From Nemertoderma westbladi (Eukaryota; Animalia; Xenacoelomorpha): a stretch of 64,000 nucleotides of DNA. Location: positions 1,617 through 65,616 of the forward strand of contig JAUCBJ010002426.1 in the NCBI GenBank assembly GCA_032718475.1, in the 5' to 3' direction. This document shows positions 10,901 to 23,167 of the stretch, in pieces. Position 1 is the first letter of the stretch. Each line of letters begins with the position of its first letter. Under the pieces are notes generated by a model. That model searched no databases and was not told the origin of the DNA. It saw only the letters and a list, made by a program, of their open reading frames with translations. A program made the translations under genes and the position numbers.

Positions 10901-11136
10901 CCAAAAGCCTGGATGGTCATCCAGTACTCCACCGGTTTCTGGTTGAAGTCTCCTTCAGGCCACCACAGAAATCGTAGGCTGTCTCGATCCCTATCCAGTG
11001 CCTTAACTTGTAAGAACCTGCCTTCTATATCGGAGGCGAAGGCGATTGAATATTGTCGTAATCTTAAGAGTATTCCCAACAAGGATTGGAGTAAGTTGGG
11101 TCCTGGCAACAACTCGGAGTTAAGGGATTGGCCCAT
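7906..11136 (-). CDS. pol: BEL-A pol open segment: RT, Pao RNase H, integrase
   Basis: YMDD in RT; LHVFGDAS and VPRAEL in Pao RNase H; H..H..CIPC Zn finger, GVDLFGP, RSDKGTNF and WGGSWERLI in integrase. Confidence 0.95.
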   Translation of the reverse strand: MGQSLNSELLPGPNLLQSLLGILLRLRQYSIAFASDIEGRFLQVKALDRDRDSLRFLWWPEGDFNQKPVEYWMTIQAFGIISSPSNACSVVRTTADDNRDAFSKEVIDNIKRDIYMDDNLKSLPSVEEAIDVAKGTVECLKRGGFRLTKFTSNSREFLESIPVEDRGVKDLDLIKDDLPETKTLGLKWDTERDILFFQLKQRDNPVRTKRICLSILSTYFDPLGFISPVILIARSLVQQMWLENHSWDDPLKGELLKKWMKWEDSLPSIENFIISRSYFGHVLPTYSYQLHVFGDASDMGIGIVAYLRVETPDGIKVALVTSKALINNKLKVPRAELKAALYATAIGRNVTEQIDYPLDKTVYWTDALLVLEYITNEVCQFSVFVTNRVAIILSRTKIDQWRHCPGTINPADIASRGATPQELIDTPDWLGGPDFLSKEEDEWPPHLTTAEIRQAKGAEKVKPKTRASKSKLFKPVIDLSVLHTSGDDALDPKPQPQISLLWKSERERDWKSGIPDVSQGLSPLLQRAIHHYSSWNRLCKAVAYLKRCFHHHYSRTKTASDTAPPTSAQVHVVKDLPKYKISDRFLKEKISYQEHEETNKQILRLLQCYEDSDKYFLLLRNPQMRLRDRFSSTMIDGLIRVGGRLTNAPLSFDTKFPILIRNLEIQIKMIVDVHSKLYHAGRERVLSEIRTRYYFHKPRRALNQVLRNCIPCRKAFSRPLTQREAELPRERVSFYEPPFTNTGVDLFGPIEVYRARTIVKRWCVIFVCMTCRAIHLDMVNDLSTNSFILSLRQQIARFGTSNTMRSDKGTNFIGANNEITAYVKDWNQRQVDDQLRVTASSWTFNAADAPWWGGSWERLIRSVKTSFHFIVLCRAYLTNELLRTLMEEIAAYLNERPLMPVSSSPDFLEVLTPTHFLLKKPVAMLPRSEITDGDEYCRQTWQLMQLLSRRFADNFEKHYLPTLQLRTKWFAQQENVSAGDMVLIVDSDLPRKRWQTGRIIETHISDDGLVQSVELVVMRRNFKKPGIVFETQQLNRPVGHLCLLERDRELSGNYGRQDTLPTTTSLIQQTSRDSPT

Positions 11137-11159
11137 GTAGAGGGCGGAGCCGTCAAATA

Positions 11160-14100
11160 CTACCCGGACTTCGTTGGGTTTACCGGGTTTGGGAACGTAT
11201 GGTGTGTTAAATAGTACATTCTCTCAGTTATGGGTGTCCCTTCCGGTACTCGCTCCGCATATCCCTTGTCAATGAATTTCTTCAGCTGGGTCTTGTACAT
11301 CTCCTTAGCTGAAGCGTTTGCCGTAAGACGTCGATGTAGTTGCGCAATTCTCTTCTCCGCCAAGGGTCGGTTGTTTATAAAATTGGGTTCTCGCCGTCGG
11401 AAAGGCAGACCAATCTCATACCTACCTTGATCTTTAAGAAAACGTGTAGTTGTTTCCTGTATCTGCTTGGCTCTTTCTTCTTCTACCGATAGGGCCTTAT
11501 TGTAGGAATTGGGCTCTATAGCCTCTTGAGTAAAGAATCGTATGGCGTGTTCATCACGAGTCTTCGCGTTGTGGCGATCTATTACTTCATTAAGTTCGTC
11601 GTTGTAATCGACTTGTCCCGCTGGACGAATGAGGTGACATAGGTTCACTTGGTTTTGCCAAGTTTCATTTTCCGTAAGGAGGTCGATGGTATTCTCCTTG
11701 TCGAAGAGTTGGTGGATATCGTCATTATCTGAGGAGTATGGTATTCCCTCAGTTGGGTCGTCTCCCTCACTGATCTCATCTTCCCATTCACTCACCTGGT
11801 AGACTCTTTCTTTGGGTAGCCTTTCCATGAGAGTTCTACGGGAAGGGCCAGTAAATTACCAACCTACTCTAGTTCTTCCCGCATAGGTTTGTAGTGGTTG
11901 CGGTTGAGCAGGCAGTTTCTCCAATGTCTCAAGCGCCTCATGCGCATTTTGGCCGATGAGTATTTGTACTCCAGGGTAGTCTGTGTTGAATCTAGGTATC
12001 TTATGCTGCTGGGTGAAATCGTCCTCATCCCAGTTATAAGGTTCCACTTGGCTGGTAGCGAAGTTCTTTATCGCCACCATTTTTACTGACCTTATGCTGT
12101 GTTCTCCTAGTTCATCCTGGGGGGTGGACAACGCGCCTACATAGTAATCTGTAGTTACTGTAGATTTCCAAACCTGCATAATTCCTGACATGTTCAACTT
12201 AGTTCGGAACTTGGGTTGTCCAGCAAAGATGTCTTCGGCTAGTTCTTTGTCGATGAATGTTCCTGTGCTGCCGGAGTCAAGGAGGGCATTCACTATATAG
12301 CTCTTTGCTGGCCCGTGGACTCTCAACTGCACTACGGGAAATTCTCGGATTCCTAAGTTGGAAGTTGGTGCTTTCCAAGATGGTTGTCGGTCAGGAGTAG
12401 TTAGGGGGAACTCACTATCGGTTTCCTTTTCATACGTAAGTGCTCGATACACTGCGGTATTTATTAGGTAACAGGATTCGTTTTCGTCGGAGAATTCATC
12501 CGTATAGAATCCTTCCATCTCAGAACTTTGGTCAGTTTCGTTCACATCACTGAATTGGACATGTAGTTCGGAATCACTTACCTGACTCGGGCTGTTTCTT
12601 TCGAATTCAGTGTGCAACAAGATATGATGTTTCGCGCCGCACTTTGCACACCTTACGTCGGAGTAACAGGTTCGCCGTTGGTGTCCTCGTCTGAGACAAT
12701 TATAACACAACTGCTTATCCCACATGACATCACGTCTATCCTTTAGGGATTTCTTTAAGAATTCATCACACCCACTCAAGCGATGGGGCCCGTCATACAA
12801 TACACATTTGGGCTTGATGTTACTTACCTTAACCTGTGCTGTGTGGTGCACACTTGTTCCTTCCTCGGACTTTCTTCCATGAATTCTTTTAGGAGACGTA
12901 GGAGAAGTTGTTGTTACCTGTTCTCTCCTGTCACTGGTTCGAGACTTAAATTTACTTACGTCTTTAGGTACTTTGTTGACATAATAAGATCTTTTGGTGT
13001 CTTTCCCGCTGTTCTCCTCATGGGAGGTTTGGTCTTTGCCGTCGTCTGTATAACACACTGGTGTTACCTTTCACCTAGAAACGGAATTTTCACTTACCTC
13101 ACTTTCAGGAGTCTTCTCTCTAGACTGTTTTAGGAGTTGTAATCTTACCTCTCGGTTTAAGAATGACAGAAGGTCCGTCATGGTTGGATCTCTATGTTGT
13201 TGGTCCATCAAATAGAGAACCTTTTTGTCCCAGCGAGTACCTACTTCACTCTTTGGCAAAGCTGATGCTAAGGCTCCTACAACCATAGAATTCTGGTATT
13301 CATGAGACTTACCTAACCAATCTAGTTGTCTACAGATCTCCTGAATCTCATCAGAAAAATCCCGCTGCTAAGGAACTTTCGGGGCGCTACTAATTTCGCA
13401 TACAAATACCTAGCTATGTTTGTCCTATTACCATACCTGATGTTTAGTGTATCCCAAACTTGTCTTCATCCATCTGGATGTCCAATAAACTTTAACGCCA
13501 TTAACTTGGGAGGTCCTTCCAAACACTCGATGAGGAATCTAAGTTTCTCTCCGTTAGATAGTACAGAGTTCTGTATGTTATCTTTGTAATATTCATTAAA
13601 AGGTAACCATTTCATCTCATCTCCATTGAACTTGACGATCTCTCCCACCTTTACCGCTTGACGGGCTTCGGTTCTAGCCATTTGACGCGTAAAACTTTCT
13701 TGGGCCATCGTATTATTTAATATCGAGTTATTGGTATATAAATTTCTTGGATTATTATCAGGTCTATATGGAATATCATTGTCAACAGGTTTATAATTAC
13801 CTTTAATAGGGTTTACTATAGGAGTTTCTACTTCACTAGCAGTATAGATGCGTGTAGGCTCCACACCTTGCGCATGAAATACTTCAGACCTAACAGGTTG
13901 ACACATTGTTACAGGGGGTGGTGGTATACCCTTTTGTGTATTTACTAATTTATCGCGTTCTAACACGATACTCTGCTGCACTTCTTGCAACTCTAACCTA
14001 CTTTCCCTTACTGTTCCTTTGAACTGTTGAACAGTCTCCTGCATCTGCCCGAGCAGGAGATCCATCCCCCGCCGTCTCTCATCCACCCACTCGACCGCCG

Positions 14101-15831
14101 AAGCGGGAGCCGCCAACATAGTAGCAGGTAGACGAGGGACAACGGGCGACAAATCATTGATATTTCGCTCGGAGTCCAGGACAGGAACTGTCTCGAGGGC
14201 GGTTCTGCTGGGCACAGGTAGTTTAGTGCTGTGCAAAGGGAATTTAGAGGTAGGTTCTGGGAGTACAGGTGTCTCTATCACCGAAGGGGTGGCTTCGAGA
14301 ACAGGCCTAATTATTTCAGGCTCATCTACTATAGTAGGGAGTCTTTCTACTCTAATAATTTGGTCTGTGGGTTCTGTACTACCTAAGTCTGTGTTAGCTA
14401 GTTGCCTTTTCACAGCTGGGGGCAAATCAGGCAATTTCTGACGGTGAGGCATTCTTCTACGTCTGTTGGAACGAGATCTATATCCTCCAGCTTCAGGATC
14501 GGTGGTATCGCCTTCATCCGATGATGTAAAGCCCTGTCGCTTGGGGGTGGATCGACTTATGATCTGCATTTGACTAGCTGTTAACTGTATATTTATATAG
14601 TCTTGCTCCTCTTGAAGATTTTCCAACTCTAGTTGGGTGGTCTCTTCAGACGCCCTCCGTTCTGCTTCTGCCACTGCCATTGCCACTTTCTTTCTGTCTT
14701 CTATACGTTTTTTCTTTACTTGTTCTTCTTGGACCCTAGCGATGTGGAGTCTTTCATCAAATTTAGCTTGGTTCGCAGCTAACATTTCCGCATCTATTGC
14801 GTCCAACACAAACTTGGCTCCTTCACTATTAGGACGAAGTCCAGCCAGCCTTCTCCTCAACTCTTCATCACCTAGAAATCGTTATTAGTCTGACAGATAG
14901 ATGTCAATAGCATCCTTCTTCTGCGGTTTCTCTGCTGTCGCTTCGCTTTCCACTTGAGAAAAGGTAGCGTCTGTTGATTCTCCATGGGTTGAGCGCTCAG
15001 CCAGCTGAGATTTCCACTGGGCCATTCCTTGAACCTTGAGACCCACCCGCTGGAACCAAGTCTTTACGGCAACTTGCTACGACGTGTCTTGGGTTCTCTT
15101 CGAAGCTTTCTCAAATGCTGATAGGAGTAGTCTGATTCTTAGGATTCTTACTCGAACTTGATAAAGCAGCTCTCCCTGCTCTTGAGGTCCTTGGGGTTGT
15201 TGAAACAGTTGTTCCTCTAATCGCTCCAAAGAGCTGAAGAATCCCTGTACGTATCCTGCTGCCGACCTCTTCCATACAGCTGGATCACTAGTATCCTTTG
15301 TCACTCCCATACTGTATAAGTCTTCCCAGGCAGCTTCCGATAAGTTAAACGGGAGTCCGGGTCCGGGAAAGTTCCATTGCGACTCGACAATAGACTTCAG
15401 TTCCTCCCTTGTGTATCCCGCATAACTGTCCTTGGTCGATCGCTTACTTCTCGCCCAATCAATTTGGTGTTCCTCCACCGCAATCAATACCCTAGTGAGT
15501 ACGGCTGCAGGAAGAATGAGAAGGGGATCCGAATAAACCGCATCTGCCATCTTTGCTCTGCGCTCGGGTGTCAGCTCTACAGTATCCGAACTACTGGAGC
15601 TATCGGGCTGCTGAGAAATAAGTTCTCGGCTCGAGTGTTGCTGCTGTTTAACAGCTGCTTCTTGGTCCCGCTTGACTTGAGCCCGATTGCCTATGATAGA
15701 CCTACGGTGTTGGACTAGCCTAGTCTGGGAGGTGAGTTGAACTTCGGTCTCAAACGTTCCGCACTCCTATCTGGGTCACAGATGGTTGTATCTAGGAGAC
15801 TGTCTGACAGGTTTTGCTTTGTGTCAGACAT
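11160..15831 (-). pseudogene. gag: BEL-A gag-protease region, broken by several stops and frameshifts
   Basis: The fragments are collinear with intact BEL-B gag. Contains the CYNC..GH..C..CAKCGAKHH knuckles and the protease motif ALLDSGS. ATG at 15831 matches the BEL-B start. Confidence 0.9.
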
Positions 15832-17816
15832 GTTTGTTTGTACAGTTGAATGCCTACTGCTATAATTACAGTTAAAGCAAGTCTAGTAATTCAGTATCAA
15901 CTGTTAGCCTAGTAGTTAATTACCGATATCGTTACTCAGTGTAACGTGATATATATACAATATATTAGAATACCGGTATACACTTATAGCATATATAAGT
16001 ATTATTAAGGATCGGATATTAGGGTTCGTCACAGAATACCGGTATATAATTTCAGCGCAAATATATAGAAATATATAATAAGCCTACTGTGAATACCGGT
16101 ATACAGCATACACTTATAGTGTATATAAATATAAGTATAATTATAGACTAGAATTAATTACAGAATACCGGTATATAATTTCAGCTTAAATTTATAGAAA
16201 TAAATATAATAAGCCTATCGTAAATACCGGTACATCAATTATTTTAGAATAATTGAATTTTTGAATTTTTAGGGTTACTTAGTTACTTTACTTTACTTTA
16301 TTACCGTTATTTAAGCAGTAGTCCAACTGATATTAAGACCTAATTGTTGTATGACAGACCTACTATTTTATAAATCGTTTGAGTTGATTTATAATATATA
16401 TACCCGCTTAATGGGTTTTTTGACAATATTTGAAATAAATGTTATTATTTCTGGGAAGGGGTCACTACACAGAAGCTGTACGCTCTCAGTGAAGTGCTAC
16501 TTGTTGGACACTAAAACAAATAATTCTACTTGCCTAAGTTACTTATTACTACAAATTACGTACAATACGGGGTGAGATTACAATCTCTAAATAAACACAA
16601 AAAATTACACGTACGAATTTTTAGGGTTAATTTTACAAGAAATCTACAAACCAGCCTAACAAGGGGTTAGAATTTCTGGTTATTACAAACGGACAGGATA
16701 CTACGGTATTTGAAAATAATAAAACAGTAGTATATATATTGCGTTGTCCAGATAGGAAATTACCACCATCTGACGACTTATAGCCGTAGCGCTATAAGTA
16801 CTACATTATGTACCCGGAGTGTTCCTACCTAGAAGTTAATTACCGCAGCCTACTATAGCTAACGTGCCTATTAACCACTTTACAACACAACTATACTGCC
16901 TATACACTAATTACCTTCGGAAAGCACTGTACACTAAACCCTAAATTAGGTACAAGTACTTATACAACAAATAACCAGCAGTTAAAAATACATTGTACAG
17001 CTAAACGGTATCTGCCGGAGTGACCAGAGCATAAAATCACCAGTCTTTACCTACGCCGAGCAGCCCTGATGTAGTACCGGGGTTAATTTAACTATAACGG
17101 TATGTATAACAAGCACAATTACTGTAGGAATGAACTTGGGGTTGTGAATGTTGCGAATAATCGCATAAACTCTGAATAATAAATATTACGCTACCCGTAC
17201 AGACTACACAAACAAAATACAGACCAAACGCTGGCAGACTACTATCAAGCCTAAATAAACTACAGTATATGCAGACTCCGAAATGGTTAGTTAGTATGCG
17301 TTCTAACCGAGTAGTACGACTTATTCTTTCGGGGGGGGGGGGGGGGGGGATTTACCTTACAGCACTGGATGCCCCCACGTTCCTAACTAGTACTTTATCG
17401 GACATACACTCTACGCACACTGCAATCTCTTCAGACCTAACAACAGCCAGACAACAATCCAGCCTACAAATTATTTATACAATCTGAGCAGGCTTACACG
17501 CCTTCTGCTCAATATTAACTTACAAATAAATAAAACTGACAGAAATAAGTAAAATCCCAATAAAAAACCATGGCGCCGTCCCTGATTAAATATCAAGACC
17601 TACCGGTATATAATTATCACAATCGAATAATACTGATGTACCTGTACTGCTGTAAGTACCGGTTCGGGTGGTTAGGCAGTCAGGCCTACTGGTTACCGGT
17701 CGACCGGTACTTTTCGACTTTATTGCCTACGTTGCAATAAAGAAATTATAACTGTTATTGTTCTTACCAGAACAATAGACAACTATATTTATTGCCTACA
17801 CTGCAATCTGAAACAA

Positions 17817-17827
17817 ATAACTGTTAT
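17817..17827 (-). promoter_or_regulatory. Non-tRNA primer-binding position ATAACAGTTAT of BEL-A
   Basis: Abuts the 5' LTR, has no TGG start, and is complementary to LTR positions 18562-18572. Confidence 0.6.
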
Positions 17828-19008
17828 TGTTCGCGCTTTTAGACCTTTAGCAGTTTAACCTGCCAAATTTAGGTGTCTTCTAGGTTATAAATCGACTTTA
17901 GCCTATAACAAGTATTTGATACACATAAAGTTACATTAGCCGAAGCCAGCCTATGCGCGATCATTCACCCACGGTTAAGGGAGACTGGATTCGGATGCTC
18001 TGACCTTATTGCGGTGTAGGCTTACTGTACTATTCGATTGATCGTTAATATATAATCTCTGACAAATATTATTCACTTTCGGGAAATATTAACAGTTCCT
18101 TTAGGACGTGGCGCTCTAAGTATGTAAACAGAGTTATGACTTACACTAAACACAACGGGATGGCTATTGATTTACGTATAAGGCGCATTCATTAGGAAAT
18201 GCTTTGTTATCTGTCACACTCATACACACTACCTCACACTGCTGCACACTGATCTGCCGACCTTCACTAAATTTGATCATATATAAGGAGAACAGCAACT
18301 GACACATGTAGGGTCTATGAAATAGCATTCAATTCACTCCAAAACCACTATAATGTAAGTCGCAATTGCTATCTGTAACCGGTCTCTCTAACCTTCAGTA
18401 TATCAAGAAGATTGGGGTTTTCTGATTATTTGTCGATATTCTCCAAATATAACAACATATTCATCAACTGATAACAATTAATAACCGACAGTAAATAGCA
18501 GTAAAATAATGCGGTGAAAGGTATGTATAGTATGATATGATAGGTATGACAATATGGTTTGATAACAGTTATACGTTTCTATAATCAAAGCCGTTCTAAT
18601 GTTTGGCTAAAGTCTGAAACACAGAATAATTCCACAGCCGATGTTCTGGGCTCAGGAAAAAAGGTAAACAAAGACCATAATGCATTGCGCGATTTCCCGG
18701 AGGCTTCTGTGCAAATAAAATGAAAATCGCTCTGATTGGTCGAGCCGAACAAAGAACAAAGAAAAGCTCCACGTGGACATATCAGCTGATAGATGTCGTC
18801 ATCTGAACTACACTGTATTAAGATTATTATGGCGTATTGCGGCATAAAAATGGCTTGTTATGTCCGCTAAAGTACACATACAGAAAAATGGCTTTTTATG
18901 TTCACTAAAACACCTACACAGTAAGAAAACGGCTTTTTATGTCCGCTAAAACACCTACAGAGTACTTTGCGGGAAAAATGACTAGCTAGATCCGCAAAAG
19001 CCTTTACA
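17828..19008 (-). repeat. BEL-A 5' LTR
   Basis: Direct repeat of 678-1858, followed by TSD CAGAT. Confidence 0.97.
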
Positions 19009-20507
19009 CAGATAGTGGCGCACATTGACCGCAAATGAAATAATGTATAGTTTATTGTTTTGGTTAGACAACACCGCCACTGTAACCTGCTCCTTTCCCT
19101 TAATGTTTTTAATTAAATTAAATTAATTTTTTCTAACTCACTATTCTTTATTTTGTGTTTGCGATCATTTTGCGCCATTGACTCAAAAATACAGTAGCGA
19201 AGTCGAAGCAAATTTATGAAATTGTATTATGTATTGTCCTATCATATAGTTACTGTAGTTGTCACGCTCTGATATTTTTAAACATATGTATATTCAATCC
19301 ATTAAAGGAATTTCTATTGCTGTGGACGTTAAGAAAGACACTGAAATATTAAATAACTTTCAGTACCGGGTATGTAATTTACTGTAGACTGTAATAATAA
19401 TTATAGAATTCCACAATATATAGATATGACGTATAAAAATAAAAGAAATCTTACAGTAAAATTCTCGCTTGTAAACTATTTATGATACAAGTCATATCAT
19501 CTGTTGACTCACGAACAATTTCGTTGCGAACTCTCCCGATAAATTACTTTTGGTGGGGACACCGTTGCCAAAGGCGCACCGATTGCTGTACGTCTCTATG
19601 TCGTCGTTTGATGTTTACAGAGAAACAAAAGCAATCGAGCTGTCGAGTTGAAACTGTGTAGATACCGGTAAGGCCAACTGTTGAGATTTTTCCATAATTT
19701 CTTTCACATATCATCAGAGCAAAGTCCGGTTTTTGAGAAGCCTACAAGCCGCACGAAAAAATTATATAATACTGTAAGTTAATATGGTTATTACAATAGA
19801 AACTTAGTACTAAACGGCTACATTCACAATCTACACTCAGGCATAGGCTACTGTTGTAGGCCTCTCTCAGTTTCATGTAAAAAAATTCAATTATTTCTTC
19901 CATTAATTATTGCCTCAACAGATTGCCTCAACATTCAGTAGTTATAGCCGGTTTCCAATAAAGTAGCAATTACACTGTGCACAGTAGTATAAAGTGACAG
20001 GGTTTTTAAAAGGGTTTTTATTCTTAAAATAGGCCGCCTGCCTAATAAAACTACAGTACATATGGAAAATGAATAAAAGTATTTTTCCCGCCAACCCTGA
20101 AACTTGCCAAGCCTATCTCAGCGCGAGGAATATTTATAACGCAAAAATACAGTAATATTATTATTATTTATTAGGAACGTGCAACGTAAAAAGGGAAATT
20201 CGAAGGACGGATTTATTTTTGGATTATTATTATTATTACAATTTATTTTCCTTCTCTCTAAATCGCTGATCCTTTTCGCTATTCTTCACAATTCCGTCAG
20301 GGTGTTTACGAATTGCGTGTCTCCGTACTAATTAATTTTTTAAAGCTGTATAATGATTGTAAAAAATCGTGGAAAATTTCTTCCGTATAGTTAACATCCC
20401 CAAATTCTTCACTACTATACTGTACTGTAAGATTTTATTCATTTTTTTCCTGTTAGATTAAAGTTCACTTTTTACAATTTTGTTTTACAACATTTGCTCC
20501 TCCCACA

Positions 20508-22285
20508 ATGAATAGGCTTATTACAACGAATGTATTCGCTTTGATGATGTTATCAAGTTTAGTCAATTCACAATTCGTACCTTCATTTCACCCAATAAAT
20601 CTGTTTCAAAATCAAGAAAATAACAACATTGTAATACGTTGGTTGGACCAGGATTATACTGGCGGTGCCAGTTTTCAGGTGAGACGGGCATAATATGCTG
20701 TGACACCGGTACAACAGTACTGTACGTGTACATGCGTATCTCTTACCTAATATTGTGTGGGGCGAGCGACGAAAGTAAGCGAGCTTAGCATACAGGTACC
20801 ACTAACTCAATCGGGGTGTGTCTGTTTTTCTGTTGATCTGTGGTTCTGTTGATCTGTTGTGTCCAATTTTAAACGTTAATAACTCAGCCAAATGTTAATG
20901 AAATTTAACCAAACTTGGTACACATGTAGTCTGGCCAAAGTTTAGAAATTTTCCAAGTTGAATTTCCGCGCGGTCTTCGAGAATCTAAGATAATAACAGT
21001 TAATTAGTTAATTAAGTTGATTAGGGTAAAAACAGCAACTTCAACCTGCCTCCTTAAAGGATATTAATTATTTTCTAGAATAAGATTTAAATAATTTTAC
21101 TTAAAGATTATACAGCTGTAATCCCCATACACCATTCCATTGTAGTTTTTAATTAGTTCAAGAGATTTGCTTTAAAAAATGTGTTTTTAATTGATCTAAA
21201 CGTAATTAAGTTAAAATGCTTTCCATCACTCTATACTTCCAGTCTCAACATTCCTTGGCATTCTTGATATTGCCTGATTAAATGGGAAACATTCCAATCA
21301 TCCTCCCACTGAGCTTTCTCTATCTTGCACAATGATCGGCTTAATTTAATGGTGATTCTTTAGATATTAGCTAAATTATTTCGTTGAGGCATTGACATGA
21401 TAAATTAATATTTCAGTATCAATACTATCAATACTAAGGTAAGTTTTAATAATTTTTACAAATTGGGTTGCCTCCGCACATAAAAATATATTTCTTTTAA
21501 AACACTAATTTCCTGTTAATACCTCTGCCTTTCATTGATCCTTTGTGCTCCTTTGCGGTTGGGTTGGTGCAGATTAAGAGGGCGGTTGAAGCAAGGGGGG
21601 AACTTTCCTCTCTTCTTTGATTTATTCTTATAGGCGGTTTGATTAAATTTCTTATTTATTTATTTAAATTTCTTAAGTACCGATTTTGGGATAGAATTGC
21701 TCAATTTTAATCTGTATCTGTTCACTGAGCCTCGTCCTGCGCGAAGGCCCACGAACGTGTTATTCATGTCATTCAGATTGAGTATATAAGTCAATAACAA
21801 AAATATTGTATTATTATTATTATCATTATTATCCTTGTAGGAGTACTTGGACAATGTTCGTATTAGTACCGAGTTTAGAAAAGGCGATGGAAGTTGGTTG
21901 GTTGCTTTTCGATACAAACCAAGACGGAGAGTTGTCTTTAGACGAAACGAATTCGACGATTCAGCGGGATATCAGCAATCTCTTAATCTTGGCGGGGGAT
22001 AACATTTTCGCCATAATAGATGTTGATGGCGACGGAGAGATTACAGAGAATGAATTCGTAAATGATGCAGGAGGAAGATACATCAACAGGGGAAACTCCG
22101 CAGCCTCGAATATAATCCGAGGTATATTGAGTAGGGCAGATGACAACCACAATCGGAGTCTAGACATTAATGAGTATCGCAGTTATATTAACAAACTTCG
22201 TTGCTTCCTACATCCAACCGTAAGGCTCGATGATTGTCCGAGTCTAGACGGGACATCGTGGTCTCACCAGAGAGCTCCTATGTAA
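20508..22285 (+). pseudogene. Two-exon gene for a secreted EF-hand Ca2+-binding protein, with a frameshift early in exon 2
   Basis: Exon 1 (20508-20678) has a signal-peptide-like N-terminus and ends CAG|GTGAGA. Acceptor ccttgtag|21841. Splicing builds the loop DQDYTGGASFQE. Further loops DTNQDGELSLDE, DVDGDGEITENE and DDNHNRSLDINE lie in the +1 frame. Confidence 0.75.
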
Positions 22286-22290
22286 GCTCC

Positions 22291-22377
22291 ATTACTTTTT
22301 CACTGAAGACTGCCGGTAGGTCAAAATAGCAAAATTTGCTATTTTGACCTACCGGCAGTCTTCAGTGAAAAAGTAAT
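22291..22377. repeat. Perfect 87-bp palindrome (43-bp arms, 1-nt centre)
   Basis: attactttttcactgaagactgccggtaggtcaaaatagcaaa-a-exact reverse complement. Confidence 0.95.
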
Positions 22378-23167
22378 AATGAAATCAATAAAACTTTATA
22401 TCCCGGTGGGCTTTCTCTTATCGGATAATATTATTATATATAATTATAGGATAATCTTTGTTTTATAAATAAAACCGGCGGGGTAGACCCTTAAAGCCTT
22501 AACTAAAACTTATATAATCTTTCCGATATAATATGCGGTACCTAAATGTAACATAAATAATATGAAGCCACACATTCACCCAAAATACCAATAATATAAC
22601 ATGATACAGTAGGCTACAATACAATGTACAGTATGAAGGTACAGTTATTGTACAGTAATGTACACAGTATACGGTACTGTTAATTAGTTCAACACTGATT
22701 GAAATAGCGCTTTCTTTTATATGTAATAAAGGGTTACCAATGCATTAGATCGAGAGATATTTTATTCATATCTTCCTGCGAAATACCCCATTCTAACATG
22801 GCAGCTCGTAGATCGCTTACCGAATCCCATTCCTTTGATAAACACATTGTTTGAGCAATGTGGTCATAACCCATCAAATGGCAAATGCACAAACAATAAC
22901 TGGCAATGCAGTTATCCAAATCCGTTACCAACAGCAAGCTCAATTGAATACTCATTGGAGAATCCGGTGACATTGAATTTGAATAGGCTTCTTTACATTG
23001 TGTAAACTCATCGCACTATTGAAAAATAATTATTTTCATTATAATCTTAATGCGCCAACATATTAACTGTATTGATAGAAATAACTAAATGTCCCAGGTT
23101 ACAGATACTGTACTACAGTATTTAAAGTCAAATAAAATAAATTGGAGATGAGCTGTAGCAACTGTAA

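Larger units (their letters stand above)
678..19008 (-). mobile_element. BEL/Pao LTR retrotransposon BEL-A (18.3 kb) with extra 3' ORF
   Basis: 1181-bp TG...CA LTRs at 678-1858 and 17828-19008. TSD CAGAT at 673-677 and 19009-19013. Domain order gag-PR-RT-RNaseH-IN with Pao-type motifs. Confidence 0.97.

Noticed and set aside
10484-11140. 218-aa antisense ORF and similar short antisense ORFs over gag/pol
   Set aside because: These are shadow frames of real coding sequence with no motifs of their own.
19690-19722. Third hammerhead (CTGATGA...GAAA on the minus strand)
   Set aside because: Only 5 nt separate the core halves, and stems I and III do not form.
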